In this document: positions 1 through 10,096 of the stretch, one piece after another
Layout: every line of letters begins with the position of its first letter
Numbering within the stretch: position 1 is the stretch's first letter
Origin: Candidatus Sabulitectum sp.
GTDB taxonomy: Bacteria > Fermentibacterota > Fermentibacteria > Fermentibacterales > JCC-6
NCBI GenBank assembly: GCA_023139045.1
Contig: JAGLOJ010000003.1
Span: forward strand, 41,240-105,239
Direction: 5' to 3'
Length of the DNA stretch: 64,000 nt
Program-made: the position numbers and the translations under genes
Notes under the pieces: generated by a model
The model's database searches: none
What the model was told of the DNA's origin: nothing
What the model saw: only the letters and a program-made list of their open reading frames with translations

Positions 1-1102
1 TCAAGTCCCCTATTTGCGGGTAGCTAATGTCCAGGATGGATATTTAGATCTCTCGGAGATTAAAAATATCTCTATTGACGAAAAGAAATTGGACAGGTTC
101 CTTGTCAGGACTGGAGATGTGCTACTAACAGAAGGTGGGGATTTTGACAAGCTTGGAAGAGGAGCAGTTTGGAAGGGTGAGATAGAATCATGCGTTCACC
201 AGAATCATGTTTTCGTCGTTCGACCTAACAAGGAAAAGATTCTTCCTGCGTTTCTCTCTTCTTTAACAGGAAGTTCATACGGGAAGAAGTACTTCCTGAG
301 CTGTTCAAAACAAAGTACGAATCTAGCGAGTATTAATTCAACACAACTTAAAGCATTTCCAGTAATATTCCCACCTCTCCCCGAACAAAAAGCCATTGCC
401 GATCTTCTCTCCACTTGGGATGAAGCAATTGAGAAAACTGAGAAGCTGATTAAGGCGAAGGAGAAGCGGTTTAAGTGGTTGTTGAATGAGTTGATTGGAA
501 AGCCAGCTGTTGAAGGAGGAGTGGGGTGGAGAAAGACCTTTTTGGGCGAAGTGCTAACAGAAAGCCGCATCTTAGATACAGAGAATAACTCCAGAAAAAG
601 GATAAGTGTCAGACTTCACCTCAAAGGTGTTGAAATCCGCGAATACAGAGGGACGGAAGTTGATGGTGCAACCAAGTATTTCAAAAGGAGAGCCGGGCAG
701 TTTATATACGGCAAACAGAATGTATTTAGAGGTTCTTTGGGAATAGTTCCGAAGAGTTTGGATGGTTATTGTTCCACGCAGGATATCCCGTCATTCGATA
801 TTGCATCAGATGTGGATTCAATGTGGTTGTACTTCTATTTCTCCAGACAACACTTCTATAAGCAATTAGAGTCTATAACCACTGGAACTGGTTCTAAGAG
901 GCTGAATCCAAGTGAGCTTTACAAGATAAAGATTAGTCTACCTACGATAAAATCACAAAAGATCATTGCTGCTGTTATTACAACAGCCAAGGAAGAAATA
1001 GATTTAATTAAGAAGATGGCTGAAAGGTACAGAGCCCAGAAGCGAGGACTGATGCAGAAACTGCTCACCGGTGAGTGGCGGGTTAGGTTGGAGAGGGCAT
1101 GA
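1..1102 (+). CDS. hsdS: Type I restriction-modification specificity subunit HsdS (5' end truncated by window edge)
   Basis: The frame is open to position 2 with no upstream stop. It has the central conserved HsdS motif IFPPLPEQKAIADLL, a second target-recognition domain, and the C-terminal conserved helix (LPTIKSQKIIAAVITTAKEEIDLIKKM...RGLMQKLLTGEW). Its stop overlaps the next ATG (ATGA). Confidence 0.85.
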   Translation, partial: QVPYLRVANVQDGYLDLSEIKNISIDEKKLDRFLVRTGDVLLTEGGDFDKLGRGAVWKGEIESCVHQNHVFVVRPNKEKILPAFLSSLTGSSYGKKYFLSCSKQSTNLASINSTQLKAFPVIFPPLPEQKAIADLLSTWDEAIEKTEKLIKAKEKRFKWLLNELIGKPAVEGGVGWRKTFLGEVLTESRILDTENNSRKRISVRLHLKGVEIREYRGTEVDGATKYFKRRAGQFIYGKQNVFRGSLGIVPKSLDGYCSTQDIPSFDIASDVDSMWLYFYFSRQHFYKQLESITTGTGSKRLNPSELYKIKISLPTIKSQKIIAAVITTAKEEIDLIKKMAERYRAQKRGLMQKLLTGEWRVRLERA

Positions 1103-2109
1103 AAAACTTTTCCCTGCCTCCACTTACCTCTTTGATGGTTAATCTTGTAGAGGAAATCGGTGAACAGCTGGGAGCGCTGGGGAATCTTTCCGCGTTCTGG
1201 AACGAGTTGGTTTTAAGACGCCTTTCCAGAGTAAGAAGCATTCAGGGATCACTGGAGATTGAAGGAAACTCTCTTTCTGTCCAACAGGTTACTGCTGTTC
1301 TTGACGGGGATCTGGTTATTTCGAACTCAAGAGATGTTCTTGAGGTTAAGAACGCTGTGGAAGCTTATGATTTATTGTCAAAGTGGAGTGCTGAGTCTTC
1401 CAGTGACTTACTAGCGGCACACAGGATTTTAATGGCTGGCTTGATTGAAGATGCCGGTAAATATCGCAGGCGTGCCGTTGGAGTTAAGGGAAATGGTGTT
1501 CTGGTTCATGTAGCTCCTCCTGCACACATGGTTCATGCTTTAATGAAAGAACTGTTTGACTTTGTTTGCAGCCTTGATCTGTCTCCGTTAATAACAAGTT
1601 CAATTTTTCATTATGAATTTGAGTACATTCACCCGTTCAGTGATGGTAATGGCCGACTGGGCAGGTTGTGGCAGAATCTGATGCTATACAGTTGGAAACC
1701 TGTATTTCAGTACTTACCCATAGAGAGCGTTATAAGGGATAACCGGAAAGAGTACTACCTGGCTCTGAACAAATCCAACAGAGAGAATCATTCCGGTTCT
1801 TTTGTTGAATTCATGCTTCAAGTTATACTGGATACACTGAATTCTATTCAGGAGACACCAGTAATGACATCAGTTGCGCCACCAGTTAAAAAGCTGTTGT
1901 TTTTGCTTGAAAAGGAAGATACTCTGGGGAATAAGGCACTCCTTTTAAAACTGCAACTCAAAGACAGACGCAGGATGCGTGAGACCTATATCAAACCGGC
2001 TATGGCTCTTGGGTATATCGAGTACACGATTCCTGAAAAACCACATAGTCGTTATCAGCAGTATCGATTGACTGTTAATGGAATTCAATTTGTGAAGGAT
2101 GTGAAGTGA
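1099..2109 (+). CDS. Fic family protein (class II; inhibitory motif present)
   Basis: Canonical Fic motif HPFSDGNGRLGR. Upstream is an inhibitory-helix motif SLEIEGN ([ST]xxxE[GN]). The ATG overlaps the hsdS stop and a GGAGAGGG SD lies upstream. The gene sits between hsdS and hsdR. Confidence 0.9.
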   Translation: MKNFSLPPLTSLMVNLVEEIGEQLGALGNLSAFWNELVLRRLSRVRSIQGSLEIEGNSLSVQQVTAVLDGDLVISNSRDVLEVKNAVEAYDLLSKWSAESSSDLLAAHRILMAGLIEDAGKYRRRAVGVKGNGVLVHVAPPAHMVHALMKELFDFVCSLDLSPLITSSIFHYEFEYIHPFSDGNGRLGRLWQNLMLYSWKPVFQYLPIESVIRDNRKEYYLALNKSNRENHSGSFVEFMLQVILDTLNSIQETPVMTSVAPPVKKLLFLLEKEDTLGNKALLLKLQLKDRRRMRETYIKPAMALGYIEYTIPEKPHSRYQQYRLTVNGIQFVKDVK

Positions 2110-2169
2110 TGGGAGTTGTAAGTTCAAAGTTAACTAATCAAGCAGTTGGATTAAATGGGTGGAAGCTCT

Positions 2170-5100
2170 ATGAAGTTTGATGAAAAGCACCTCTCCCAGC
2201 TTCCTGCAATCCAGTTGCTTGTACAGATGGGGTATGAGTATCTGTCACCTGCTGAAGCTTTGCATGAGCGACAGGGAAGAACTTCCAATGTGTTGCTTGA
2301 GGGTGTGCTGCGGGAAAGCTTGAAAGAGATTAATGGTATCTGGCATAGGGGCAGTGAATATCTGTTCAGTGAAGAGAATATTCAAACTGCGATTCAGAAA
2401 CTGAAGAATGTGAAGTATGACGGGCTAGTTAGAACCAATGAGGTTATCTATGACTTGCTTACTCTTGGAACTGCTTTAGAACAGACAATTGACGGTGACT
2501 CGAAGAGCTACAACCTGAAGTACGTTGACTGGAAAAATATTGAACAGAACCGTTTTCATGTAACTGCCGAGTTCAGTGTTGAACGCTCACGGAGTACAGA
2601 AACTGTTCGTCCTGATCTTGTACTGTTTGTGAATGGAATTCCGTTTTGTGTTATTGAGTGCAAGTCACCCAGTGTTGAAGTTACTCAGGCTATTTCACAA
2701 TCTGTTCGCAATCAGAGTGAAGACTACGTTCCCAGGTTGTTTGTTTATTCTCAGCTTCTTATGGCGGTAAACAAGAACAGTGCAAGATATGGCACAACCG
2801 GTACTGCCGCGAAATTCTGGGGGCTCTGGAAAGAGTCTGGTGTTGACGATGTTCTTGGGGAGGTTCTTTCCCGTTCTGTAGATATCGATAAGATTGCCAG
2901 TTCCCTTGGGGTTGCTCCGTCGTCTTTTGTGCTGGAGAGACTTGTTACAGAGCAGGACAGGGCAATTTATGCTCTTTGCAGACCGGAGAGACTTCTGGAG
3001 CTTGCCTGGAAGTTTACTCTGTTTGATGGTGGCATTAAAAAGATTGCAAGGTATCAGCAGTACTTTGTTGTGAAATCTACCCTGAAGCGGGTGAAACACT
3101 TTGATGCATCTGGTGCCCGCAAGGGTGGAATCATCTGGCATACCCAGGGGTCGGGAAAATCATTGACAATGGTGATGCTGGCCCGGAATCTTGCCCTTGA
3201 TCCGGAGATCCCCAACCCTCGTCTGGTGCTTGTTACAGACCGTACAGATCTGGACAAGCAACTGCGTAATACTTTCGACGCGTGCGGTCTTGAACCAAGA
3301 CGGGCAACATCCGGTCGGAATCTGCTGCAGCTTGTAGGTCAGGATAAGGCAGGTATCATTACTACGCTGATACACAAGTTTGATAAAGCAATGACTCTAA
3401 AGAAACATCAGGATTTATCACCTGATATCTTTGTGCTGGTGGACGAAAGCCATCGTACTCAGTTTGGTTCGTTTTCGGCAAAAATGCGTTTGATGTTTCC
3501 CCTGGCTTGTTATCTGGGATTTACAGGCACTCCTTTGCTGAAGAAGGAGAAGAACAACTTCGTCAAATTCGGCAACCTGATAGAACCGCATTATTCCATA
3601 TCACAGGCTGTTGCCGATGGTGCTGTTGTTCCTTTGCTTTATGAAGGTCGTCATGTGGAGATGCAGCAGAACAAGAAAGCTATTGATCTCTGGTTTGAAA
3701 GACATACCCAGGGGCTTACAAAAGAACAGAAAGCCGATCTTAAAAGAAAATACTCCCGGTCTGCAATGCTGAATAAGGCAGAGCAGGTTATCTATATGAG
3801 AGCTTTTGATATCAGTGAGCATTACCGTGCGAATTGGCAGGGGACGGGGTTTAAGGCTCAACTGGTTGCTCCCAATAAGGTGTCTGCATTGAAGTATCAT
3901 GCTTTTCTTGAAGAGATAGGTTACGTTTCATCAGGTGTAGTTATTTCTCCGCCTGATATGCGTGAAGGTTTTGAAGAAACTGATGATGAACCTGCCGATG
4001 AAGTTATTCGATTCTGGACAAAGATGATGAAGCGATACGGCAGTGAGGAAGAATACACTAAGCAGCTCATCAATCAGTTCAAATTCGGAACTGATCCTGA
4101 AATTCTAATTGTGGTTGATAAGTTGTTAACAGGTTTTGATGCACCCCGGAATGCTGTTCTTTACCTGTGCCGAATGCTTCGAGAACACACATTGCTGCAG
4201 GCAATAGCCAGAGTGAATCGTATTTTTGAGAACAAGGAGTTCGGTTTCATAGTGGATTACGCCAGTGTTCTGGGTGAGTTGGATAACGCTCTAACCATGT
4301 ACAGTGCATTTGAAGGCTTTGATGAGTCTGATCTTGTTGGAACTCTTACATCAGTTGCTTTAGAGATCGGGAAGCTGCCACAGAAATACTCTGATTTGTG
4401 GGATGTATTCAAGACTGTTAAGCATTCTTATGATGAGGAAGCCTATGAAATACTGCTTGGTGATGATTCTGTGCGGGAAGAGTTCTACCACCGCTTAACT
4501 GAATACAGCAAAACACTTGCAATCGCTTTTTCTTCAGATAAATTTTTGCTGGAAACTTCTGATGAGACAGTTCTTCGATACAAGACTGATTTACGCAGAT
4601 TTCAGACGCTGAAAGTCGCTGTAAAACTTCGCTATGCGGAGGCAATTGATTACAGAGATTATGAGCCTAAAATTAGAAAACTTCTTGACACTCAGATACT
4701 GGCTCATGAAGTGATACAGCTGAATGAACCGGTGAATATTTTCGACGAGAAAACATTCAAGCAGGTAAAAGAAGATCATGGTGTGTATGACAGTAAGCAG
4801 ACCACCGCATCCAAGGCAGATACTATTGCTCATGCTACCAGGAAGGTTGTTACCGAGAAAATGGATGAGGATCCAGCTTTCTACGAAAGATTCTCCAAGT
4901 TGATTCAGCAGGCTATTGATGACTTCAGAGCCAAAAGACTTTCCGATCTTGATTATCTGGATAAGGTCATTGAGATAAGAAACAAGGTCGTGGGTAAAGT
5001 ACATGACGATGTTCCTGATAAGCTTGGGAGCAATGAGGATGCCATGGCATATTTTGGAGTATTGAAGCCCTTCTTTGAGAACCATGAATTAACAGTAGCT

Positions 5101-5334
5101 GAACTTGAAGAAATTGTGGCTGATACTGCGATTGCCGTCAAGGTGATTCTGGATTCCTACAGGAAGGTAAACTTCTGGGATGATGAGGATGCCCAGAAGC
5201 AGGCCATTAATGATATTGATGACTATCTCTATGATGAAATCAAACACAACAGGGGTGTTAACTTGTCTCCAGAGGAGATGGACAGGATAATTGAAAAAAC
5301 AATGCAAGTTGCAAAGCACAGAAGCTCCCGATGA
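2170..5334 (+). CDS. hsdR: Type I restriction enzyme R subunit HsdR (alternative start 2155)
   Basis: N-terminal nuclease region DLVLFVNGIPFCVIECKSP, Walker A GSGKSLTM, DEAD-like box VDESHR, and typical length of ~1055 aa. A GGTGGA SD sits before the ATG at 2170. Confidence 0.95.
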   Translation: MKFDEKHLSQLPAIQLLVQMGYEYLSPAEALHERQGRTSNVLLEGVLRESLKEINGIWHRGSEYLFSEENIQTAIQKLKNVKYDGLVRTNEVIYDLLTLGTALEQTIDGDSKSYNLKYVDWKNIEQNRFHVTAEFSVERSRSTETVRPDLVLFVNGIPFCVIECKSPSVEVTQAISQSVRNQSEDYVPRLFVYSQLLMAVNKNSARYGTTGTAAKFWGLWKESGVDDVLGEVLSRSVDIDKIASSLGVAPSSFVLERLVTEQDRAIYALCRPERLLELAWKFTLFDGGIKKIARYQQYFVVKSTLKRVKHFDASGARKGGIIWHTQGSGKSLTMVMLARNLALDPEIPNPRLVLVTDRTDLDKQLRNTFDACGLEPRRATSGRNLLQLVGQDKAGIITTLIHKFDKAMTLKKHQDLSPDIFVLVDESHRTQFGSFSAKMRLMFPLACYLGFTGTPLLKKEKNNFVKFGNLIEPHYSISQAVADGAVVPLLYEGRHVEMQQNKKAIDLWFERHTQGLTKEQKADLKRKYSRSAMLNKAEQVIYMRAFDISEHYRANWQGTGFKAQLVAPNKVSALKYHAFLEEIGYVSSGVVISPPDMREGFEETDDEPADEVIRFWTKMMKRYGSEEEYTKQLINQFKFGTDPEILIVVDKLLTGFDAPRNAVLYLCRMLREHTLLQAIARVNRIFENKEFGFIVDYASVLGELDNALTMYSAFEGFDESDLVGTLTSVALEIGKLPQKYSDLWDVFKTVKHSYDEEAYEILLGDDSVREEFYHRLTEYSKTLAIAFSSDKFLLETSDETVLRYKTDLRRFQTLKVAVKLRYAEAIDYRDYEPKIRKLLDTQILAHEVIQLNEPVNIFDEKTFKQVKEDHGVYDSKQTTASKADTIAHATRKVVTEKMDEDPAFYERFSKLIQQAIDDFRAKRLSDLDYLDKVIEIRNKVVGKVHDDVPDKLGSNEDAMAYFGVLKPFFENHELTVAELEEIVADTAIAVKVILDSYRKVNFWDDEDAQKQAINDIDDYLYDEIKHNRGVNLSPEEMDRIIEKTMQVAKHRSSR

Positions 5335-6044
5335 GTGGCAACTTTCATTACCTGCAGTATGGCAGTGAAAGAATTGATTACCTTTTGCTTTCCAGCGAAA
5401 GAAAAACCCTTGAGATTGCTGTTCATCCGGACAGTTCAATTGTGGTAAAGGCTCCCTGTTCCTCTGAGTTAGCTGAGATTGAGATCAAGCTTCGAAAAAG
5501 AGCCAGGTGGATACTGAAGCAACTCAGGTATTTCCAGCAGTTCACTCCCAGAACCCCAGAGAGAAGATACATCAGTGGTGAAACACACTTGTATCTAGGC
5601 AGGCGATACCGTCTGAAAGTTGTAATTGGGGAGTCTGATAGTGTCATGTTATTCAGGGGAATTTTTCTTGTGTCATGTCGCAAAGATTGCAGTCAGAGAA
5701 AAACAATGGCCTTGATGGAGAGTTGGTATTCACAAAAGGCATTGCACCATTTCAACGAGAGTCTTGCTAGATGCTGGTTTTCTTTTGAAAGTCGTGGAGT
5801 AGAAAAACCTGCCCTTCAGATCAGACGAATGAAAAACAGGTGGGGAAGCCTTTCAAATGGCTCTTCAATCATGTTGAATCCTGAATTGATCAAAGCTCCA
5901 ATTGAGTGTATTGATTATGTGGTTACCCATGAACTTTGTCATTTGCTATTCAACGCTCACAGCAGAGAATTCTATAATTTACTTGAATCCGTAATCCCGA
6001 ACTGGCAAAAGGTCAAGCACAAGCTCGAGCTGGCAATGGCCTGA
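5331..6044 (+). CDS. YgjP-like (DUF45/M48-family) metal-dependent hydrolase
   Basis: HExxH motif (THELCHL) near the C-terminus, length 237 aa, and the start overlaps the hsdR stop (ATGA). YgjP-like genes commonly sit next to Type I hsdR genes. Confidence 0.8.
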   Translation: MSGNFHYLQYGSERIDYLLLSSERKTLEIAVHPDSSIVVKAPCSSELAEIEIKLRKRARWILKQLRYFQQFTPRTPERRYISGETHLYLGRRYRLKVVIGESDSVMLFRGIFLVSCRKDCSQRKTMALMESWYSQKALHHFNESLARCWFSFESRGVEKPALQIRRMKNRWGSLSNGSSIMLNPELIKAPIECIDYVVTHELCHLLFNAHSREFYNLLESVIPNWQKVKHKLELAMA

Positions 6045-6103
6045 GTGAACAGCAAGCTCATTCAGTTGTAAAGGAATTCTTTACTACTGCTGCAGTTTGT
6101 TGT

Positions 6104-7885
6104 TTATCCCAGGCCAAGCACATCCAGATTCCAGATGATTTCCAGTTCCTTCTGTGCAAAAAATACCAGATGGGGGGCCTGTGAATACAGCGCACTTAAC
6201 TGGGCGAGGTCGTGGCTGCCACTGAGGAGAAGCCCTACCTGTCCACCGGGGAGGCTTACAGTCGAGTGGGATCTCACAACAGTGAGAGTCATTTCCGAAC
6301 ACTCCATGAGCCAGCTCAGATCAGTTGCAGGGGGCATTATTACGGCCAGCCTGAGAAGACCGGGCACCTGGTAAATCTTTGCCTTTTCAGTGGTGTAGCA
6401 TTCCGGCTCACTGAAATCATTGAGCATGTCTATAAGATCCAGCGGAAAGAGTTTCTCTGACTGAATTACAACATCCAGTGGGCAATATGGATCTTTCTCT
6501 CTTCTTTCTCTAACCTTACCGAGTATCGATTCCCGGTATGCCCACGGATCGCTCGTTTTGATGCGCAGTACTCCATGGCGTACGGAAGGAGAGATGAGTG
6601 GTTGTTTTTTCTCGGGAATGAATATTTCCATACCGGGAAAAGAATCACTGAGAACAGGCCTTGGAGGGGGGTCAGCATCGTAGCCCAGTATGTCTGAAAT
6701 TCTATCTCTGCTTTGAAGCAGGTGCTGTATTGAGCAGGGTCCGGATTGTGTGACAGTGTATGGAGGCCGGTCTTCATACCGGATTCCAAGAGCCTTCGCA
6801 TTTGCTCTGAGTTCGGTGCCGGGAAGAACGGAAAGACAGAAAGTTTGAACCTGTTCATGCAGCTCACGGGAAACGAGTTCAGTTGCAGCAAGTTCTATGT
6901 TTCCGGGATCGTCTCCGGGAAGACCCAGAATAAGATCCATTATTGGTGTAATACCACTTTTCTTCAGAAGCACCGCGCCTTTCAGGATTGAAAGGGGGTT
7001 GCCTCCTCGACCAACTGAATGAAGCACTTTTGTGCTCATGGTCTGCAATCCAACTTCAAGGCTGTTGAATCCTGCCTCCGCAAGAGCATCTGCTGTGGCC
7101 GAAGAATGGATCAAGTCACTCCTGACTTCTGCAAAGCAGTCAAGGTTGAAGCGGGACATTCCTCTGAGGAGTTTGTCCATATCCAGTCTGCTGTTAAAAG
7201 TCGGGTCAAGAAACACCAGCTCTTCAGCACCCATATCGTGCAGCATTCTGATCTTTTTGAGAACGGTTTCAGCAGGGATCATTCTGGGTATCGGAGAGGT
7301 TCTTCTGTACGCGCAGTAAGAACAGAGGCACTGACATCCTCTCTGTGTTTCAATGTGAACCGACCCACCCTCATGCGGGGCGAGGTATCCTTTTTCGTAC
7401 GGGTCCGGCCAGCGATCAGGAGGTTGCGTATCCACGACGGGCCCAAGCAGTTTCTGCCCTGTTGCAAGAATTATCCTGAGTTTTTCAGGAGAAAGAACAT
7501 CTGCTGCGAATGATTCTCCTTCGCCTGCGACGAACAGGTCAATGGATGATTCCATGAGAAGAGTATGGTTGTCCGGGGTAACTTCCGGTCCTCCTGCTAC
7601 AACGAGCAATTCAGGTTTCCATTGCCTGAGACTTCGCAGGAGGTGGAGAGTTCTTTCTCTGTTCCACAGGTAGAGCGTTACTCCCAGCAGTTCCGGATCT
7701 CTTCGCTTCAGTTCCTCAAGAAGTGCGGTATCTCCAAGAGTGTTTAACAGTTCTTCCGGGAAAATGGATTCGACAGGCAGGGCTGCAGTTGCAGCCAGCA
7801 GGGCAGAAGCAAGGGGAATATTACCTGTGGGTTCCCAGGCTGTTGAGGGATGCAGCGGAAGCTGAATGAGCTGGACTGTATACAT
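6104..7885 (-). CDS. B12-binding domain-containing radical SAM protein
   Basis: CxxxCxxC radical SAM motif (RGCQCLCSYCAY) preceded by a Rossmann-like B12-binding-type N-domain (LLVVAGGPEVT). Length 593 aa. Confidence 0.8.
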   Translation of the reverse strand: MYTVQLIQLPLHPSTAWEPTGNIPLASALLAATAALPVESIFPEELLNTLGDTALLEELKRRDPELLGVTLYLWNRERTLHLLRSLRQWKPELLVVAGGPEVTPDNHTLLMESSIDLFVAGEGESFAADVLSPEKLRIILATGQKLLGPVVDTQPPDRWPDPYEKGYLAPHEGGSVHIETQRGCQCLCSYCAYRRTSPIPRMIPAETVLKKIRMLHDMGAEELVFLDPTFNSRLDMDKLLRGMSRFNLDCFAEVRSDLIHSSATADALAEAGFNSLEVGLQTMSTKVLHSVGRGGNPLSILKGAVLLKKSGITPIMDLILGLPGDDPGNIELAATELVSRELHEQVQTFCLSVLPGTELRANAKALGIRYEDRPPYTVTQSGPCSIQHLLQSRDRISDILGYDADPPPRPVLSDSFPGMEIFIPEKKQPLISPSVRHGVLRIKTSDPWAYRESILGKVRERREKDPYCPLDVVIQSEKLFPLDLIDMLNDFSEPECYTTEKAKIYQVPGLLRLAVIMPPATDLSWLMECSEMTLTVVRSHSTVSLPGGQVGLLLSGSHDLAQLSALYSQAPHLVFFAQKELEIIWNLDVLGLG

Positions 7886-7888
7886 TAC

Positions 7889-8686
7889 TTACAGAGCAGG
7901 GCTGATAGTGGTGATTCCCGTAACGGCAAGGAGATACAGGATAAGAAAAGAAATTCCCCACAGAATGTGAGCTCCGGGGTGATGGCCGTTAAAAGCTTCC
8001 TTCCTGCAAAACAGAACCCCTGCAAATTGGAGAATTATAGAGATAGAAAAGAGAAGAGGCAGCAGGGATAACCCGCGAAGGAGGAAAAGGCCGACCATTC
8101 CGGCCGTTCCTGCAAACAAAGAAAACCTGGAAAATTTGTATGCCCAGTTTTCAGAGTCTGCCAGTGGGGGGAACGTCTCGTAGAGTTTACTGGATTCCCG
8201 TGCGAAAAGTCTGACTCCATACGAGATGGAAAACGCAGCAGCTATTGTAACAAGGATGCCATAGGTCACCCCCCCGATAAGGGCAAGCAGGGGCAATGGA
8301 GAAAGTGAATATCTCCCGGAGAGTTTCATGGGCACAAGAATAATTGTGAGAAGCAATATCAATTCAAGCGTCTGAAGAACTCCAAGGACAGACCACCTGC
8401 TGAGAACTCGTCTTCCAAATAGCCTGGCTATCTGAAGACCCACAAGCACTACAGTCAGTTGACCGTGCCCCGTGGCAGGGTTTCCATCCGGGGTGGAAAG
8501 AAGAAGTCCCAGAAAAAGCAGTTCAAGAATTCGGAGAAGATCAAAGCGGTCAAAGTTGTTCTTCAGTATATCATCGTCTGTGGGTGCAGAGGAAAGTCTT
8601 CCGGATTTTCCTAATTTCTGGTGGAAAATCTCCTCCAGTAGAAAAAGAAACACAACGAGCAAACTCAGCACCCTATGCATGGTCAT
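7889..8686 (-). CDS. Polytopic membrane protein, function unknown
   Basis: 265 aa with about 8 predicted hydrophobic helices. No recognisable catalytic motif. Tightly coupled between the MFS gene and the radical SAM gene. Confidence 0.5.
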   Translation of the reverse strand: MTMHRVLSLLVVFLFLLEEIFHQKLGKSGRLSSAPTDDDILKNNFDRFDLLRILELLFLGLLLSTPDGNPATGHGQLTVVLVGLQIARLFGRRVLSRWSVLGVLQTLELILLLTIILVPMKLSGRYSLSPLPLLALIGGVTYGILVTIAAAFSISYGVRLFARESSKLYETFPPLADSENWAYKFSRFSLFAGTAGMVGLFLLRGLSLLPLLFSISIILQFAGVLFCRKEAFNGHHPGAHILWGISFLILYLLAVTGITTISPAL

Positions 8687-9965
8687 GGTCAGGATCCTTT
8701 ACAGTAAGAAGAATGATTCCTCCTGTTATAAAGAAAACAGAGATAGAGAGAATGGAGTTTCTGGTGCTCCCTGTAATATCTCCAATTACAGCAAACATAA
8801 GAGGACCAAGGATGCTTGCGAATCTGGATGATATAGAGAAGAAACCGAAGTACTCCGAGGCATGCTCCTGTGGAATAAGAACAGAGTAGAAGGAACGACT
8901 GATGGCCTGAACCCCGCCCTGTAACAGCCCCACGGCACCGGCCAGTATCCAGAACTGCCAGGTTTCAGTCATTCTCCAGGCATAGAGAACTATGACGATA
9001 TAGCCAGCTATGCCCATGAGCAGAGTTTTTTTCGCCCCCAGTTTTGCAGCAAGTTTTCCGTAATAGATTGAACCGGGGAATCCGATGAATTGAGTCAGAA
9101 GCAGTGCTCCGATCAAGTGACTGCTGTCAAGGCCCATCTCCGCTTTTCCAAAAACGGTGGCCATTATTATTATCGTCTGTATGCCGTCGTTGTAAAGAAG
9201 AAAGGACAGAAGGAATCTAAAGGCTTGTCGATGCTGCTTAATGCTTTTGAACGTGGCACCAAGAGATTTTAAACCCCGGTGGAATGACTGCTTGAAATCA
9301 GTACCCGGGGATACAGATTCCTCAGGTACTTTTTTAAACAGCGGGATGGAGAATACCGTCCACCACAGGGCCACAGTAAGGAAGCTCAGCCTTACCGCCA
9401 TGGTTCCCTCCGGGATTCCGAAAAGTCCCGGTTGTTTTATCATCAGCAGGTTTAGAGCAAGCAGCAGTCCGCCACCGAGGTATCCCATGGCAAAGCCTCT
9501 TGAGCTGATAAGATCACGTCTTGCAGGGGGGGTGACATAGACCAGCAGAGAGTTGTAGAAAACATTGGCACCTGCAAAACCAATCTGTCCGAGAATAACA
9601 ATTCCCAGGGTGTATCCCACCAGTCCCGGTCCGCTGAAAAAGAGAAGAGCGGAAGAAACAACACCCAAGGTGGTCATTATGCCGAGGAAGAATTTTCTTT
9701 TCCCGCCTGCATCAGCCGCTGCGCCGAAAAGGGGAGCTCCGATGGCAACGAACAAAGCAGCCAGAGACATTGCATATCCCCAGAGAGATTGAGAATTGCT
9801 TGTAAAGTCAAAACCGGGGAATCTGACTGTTACCGGATCGGAACCGGCAACAACTCCAACGAAGAAAACCGGGAGTACAGCTGCAACAATGGTTGTGACG
9901 AAAGAGGAATTGCCCCAGTCATAAAGGCACCATGCTTTTTCTGCCGGCGTATACTTTGCTCCCAC
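8673..9965 (-). CDS. MFS transporter, UMF1 (Atg22-like) family
   Basis: N-terminal signature AWCLYDWGNSSF, 12 predicted TM helices, 430 aa. Confidence 0.8.
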   Translation of the reverse strand: MGAKYTPAEKAWCLYDWGNSSFVTTIVAAVLPVFFVGVVAGSDPVTVRFPGFDFTSNSQSLWGYAMSLAALFVAIGAPLFGAAADAGGKRKFFLGIMTTLGVVSSALLFFSGPGLVGYTLGIVILGQIGFAGANVFYNSLLVYVTPPARRDLISSRGFAMGYLGGGLLLALNLLMIKQPGLFGIPEGTMAVRLSFLTVALWWTVFSIPLFKKVPEESVSPGTDFKQSFHRGLKSLGATFKSIKQHRQAFRFLLSFLLYNDGIQTIIIMATVFGKAEMGLDSSHLIGALLLTQFIGFPGSIYYGKLAAKLGAKKTLLMGIAGYIVIVLYAWRMTETWQFWILAGAVGLLQGGVQAISRSFYSVLIPQEHASEYFGFFSISSRFASILGPLMFAVIGDITGSTRNSILSISVFFITGGIILLTVKDPDHDHA

Positions 9966-10096
9966 GAAATCTCCATTCTTGAATATTCACGGAACATAAC
10001 CAATAGAACCAGCTCCGGCACTTCCTTCCAGCCTCGGACTCTGGTATTATTCGTGGTTCCCTAAAAAGTGAACAGAAACAAATGAGGGGTGAAAAA

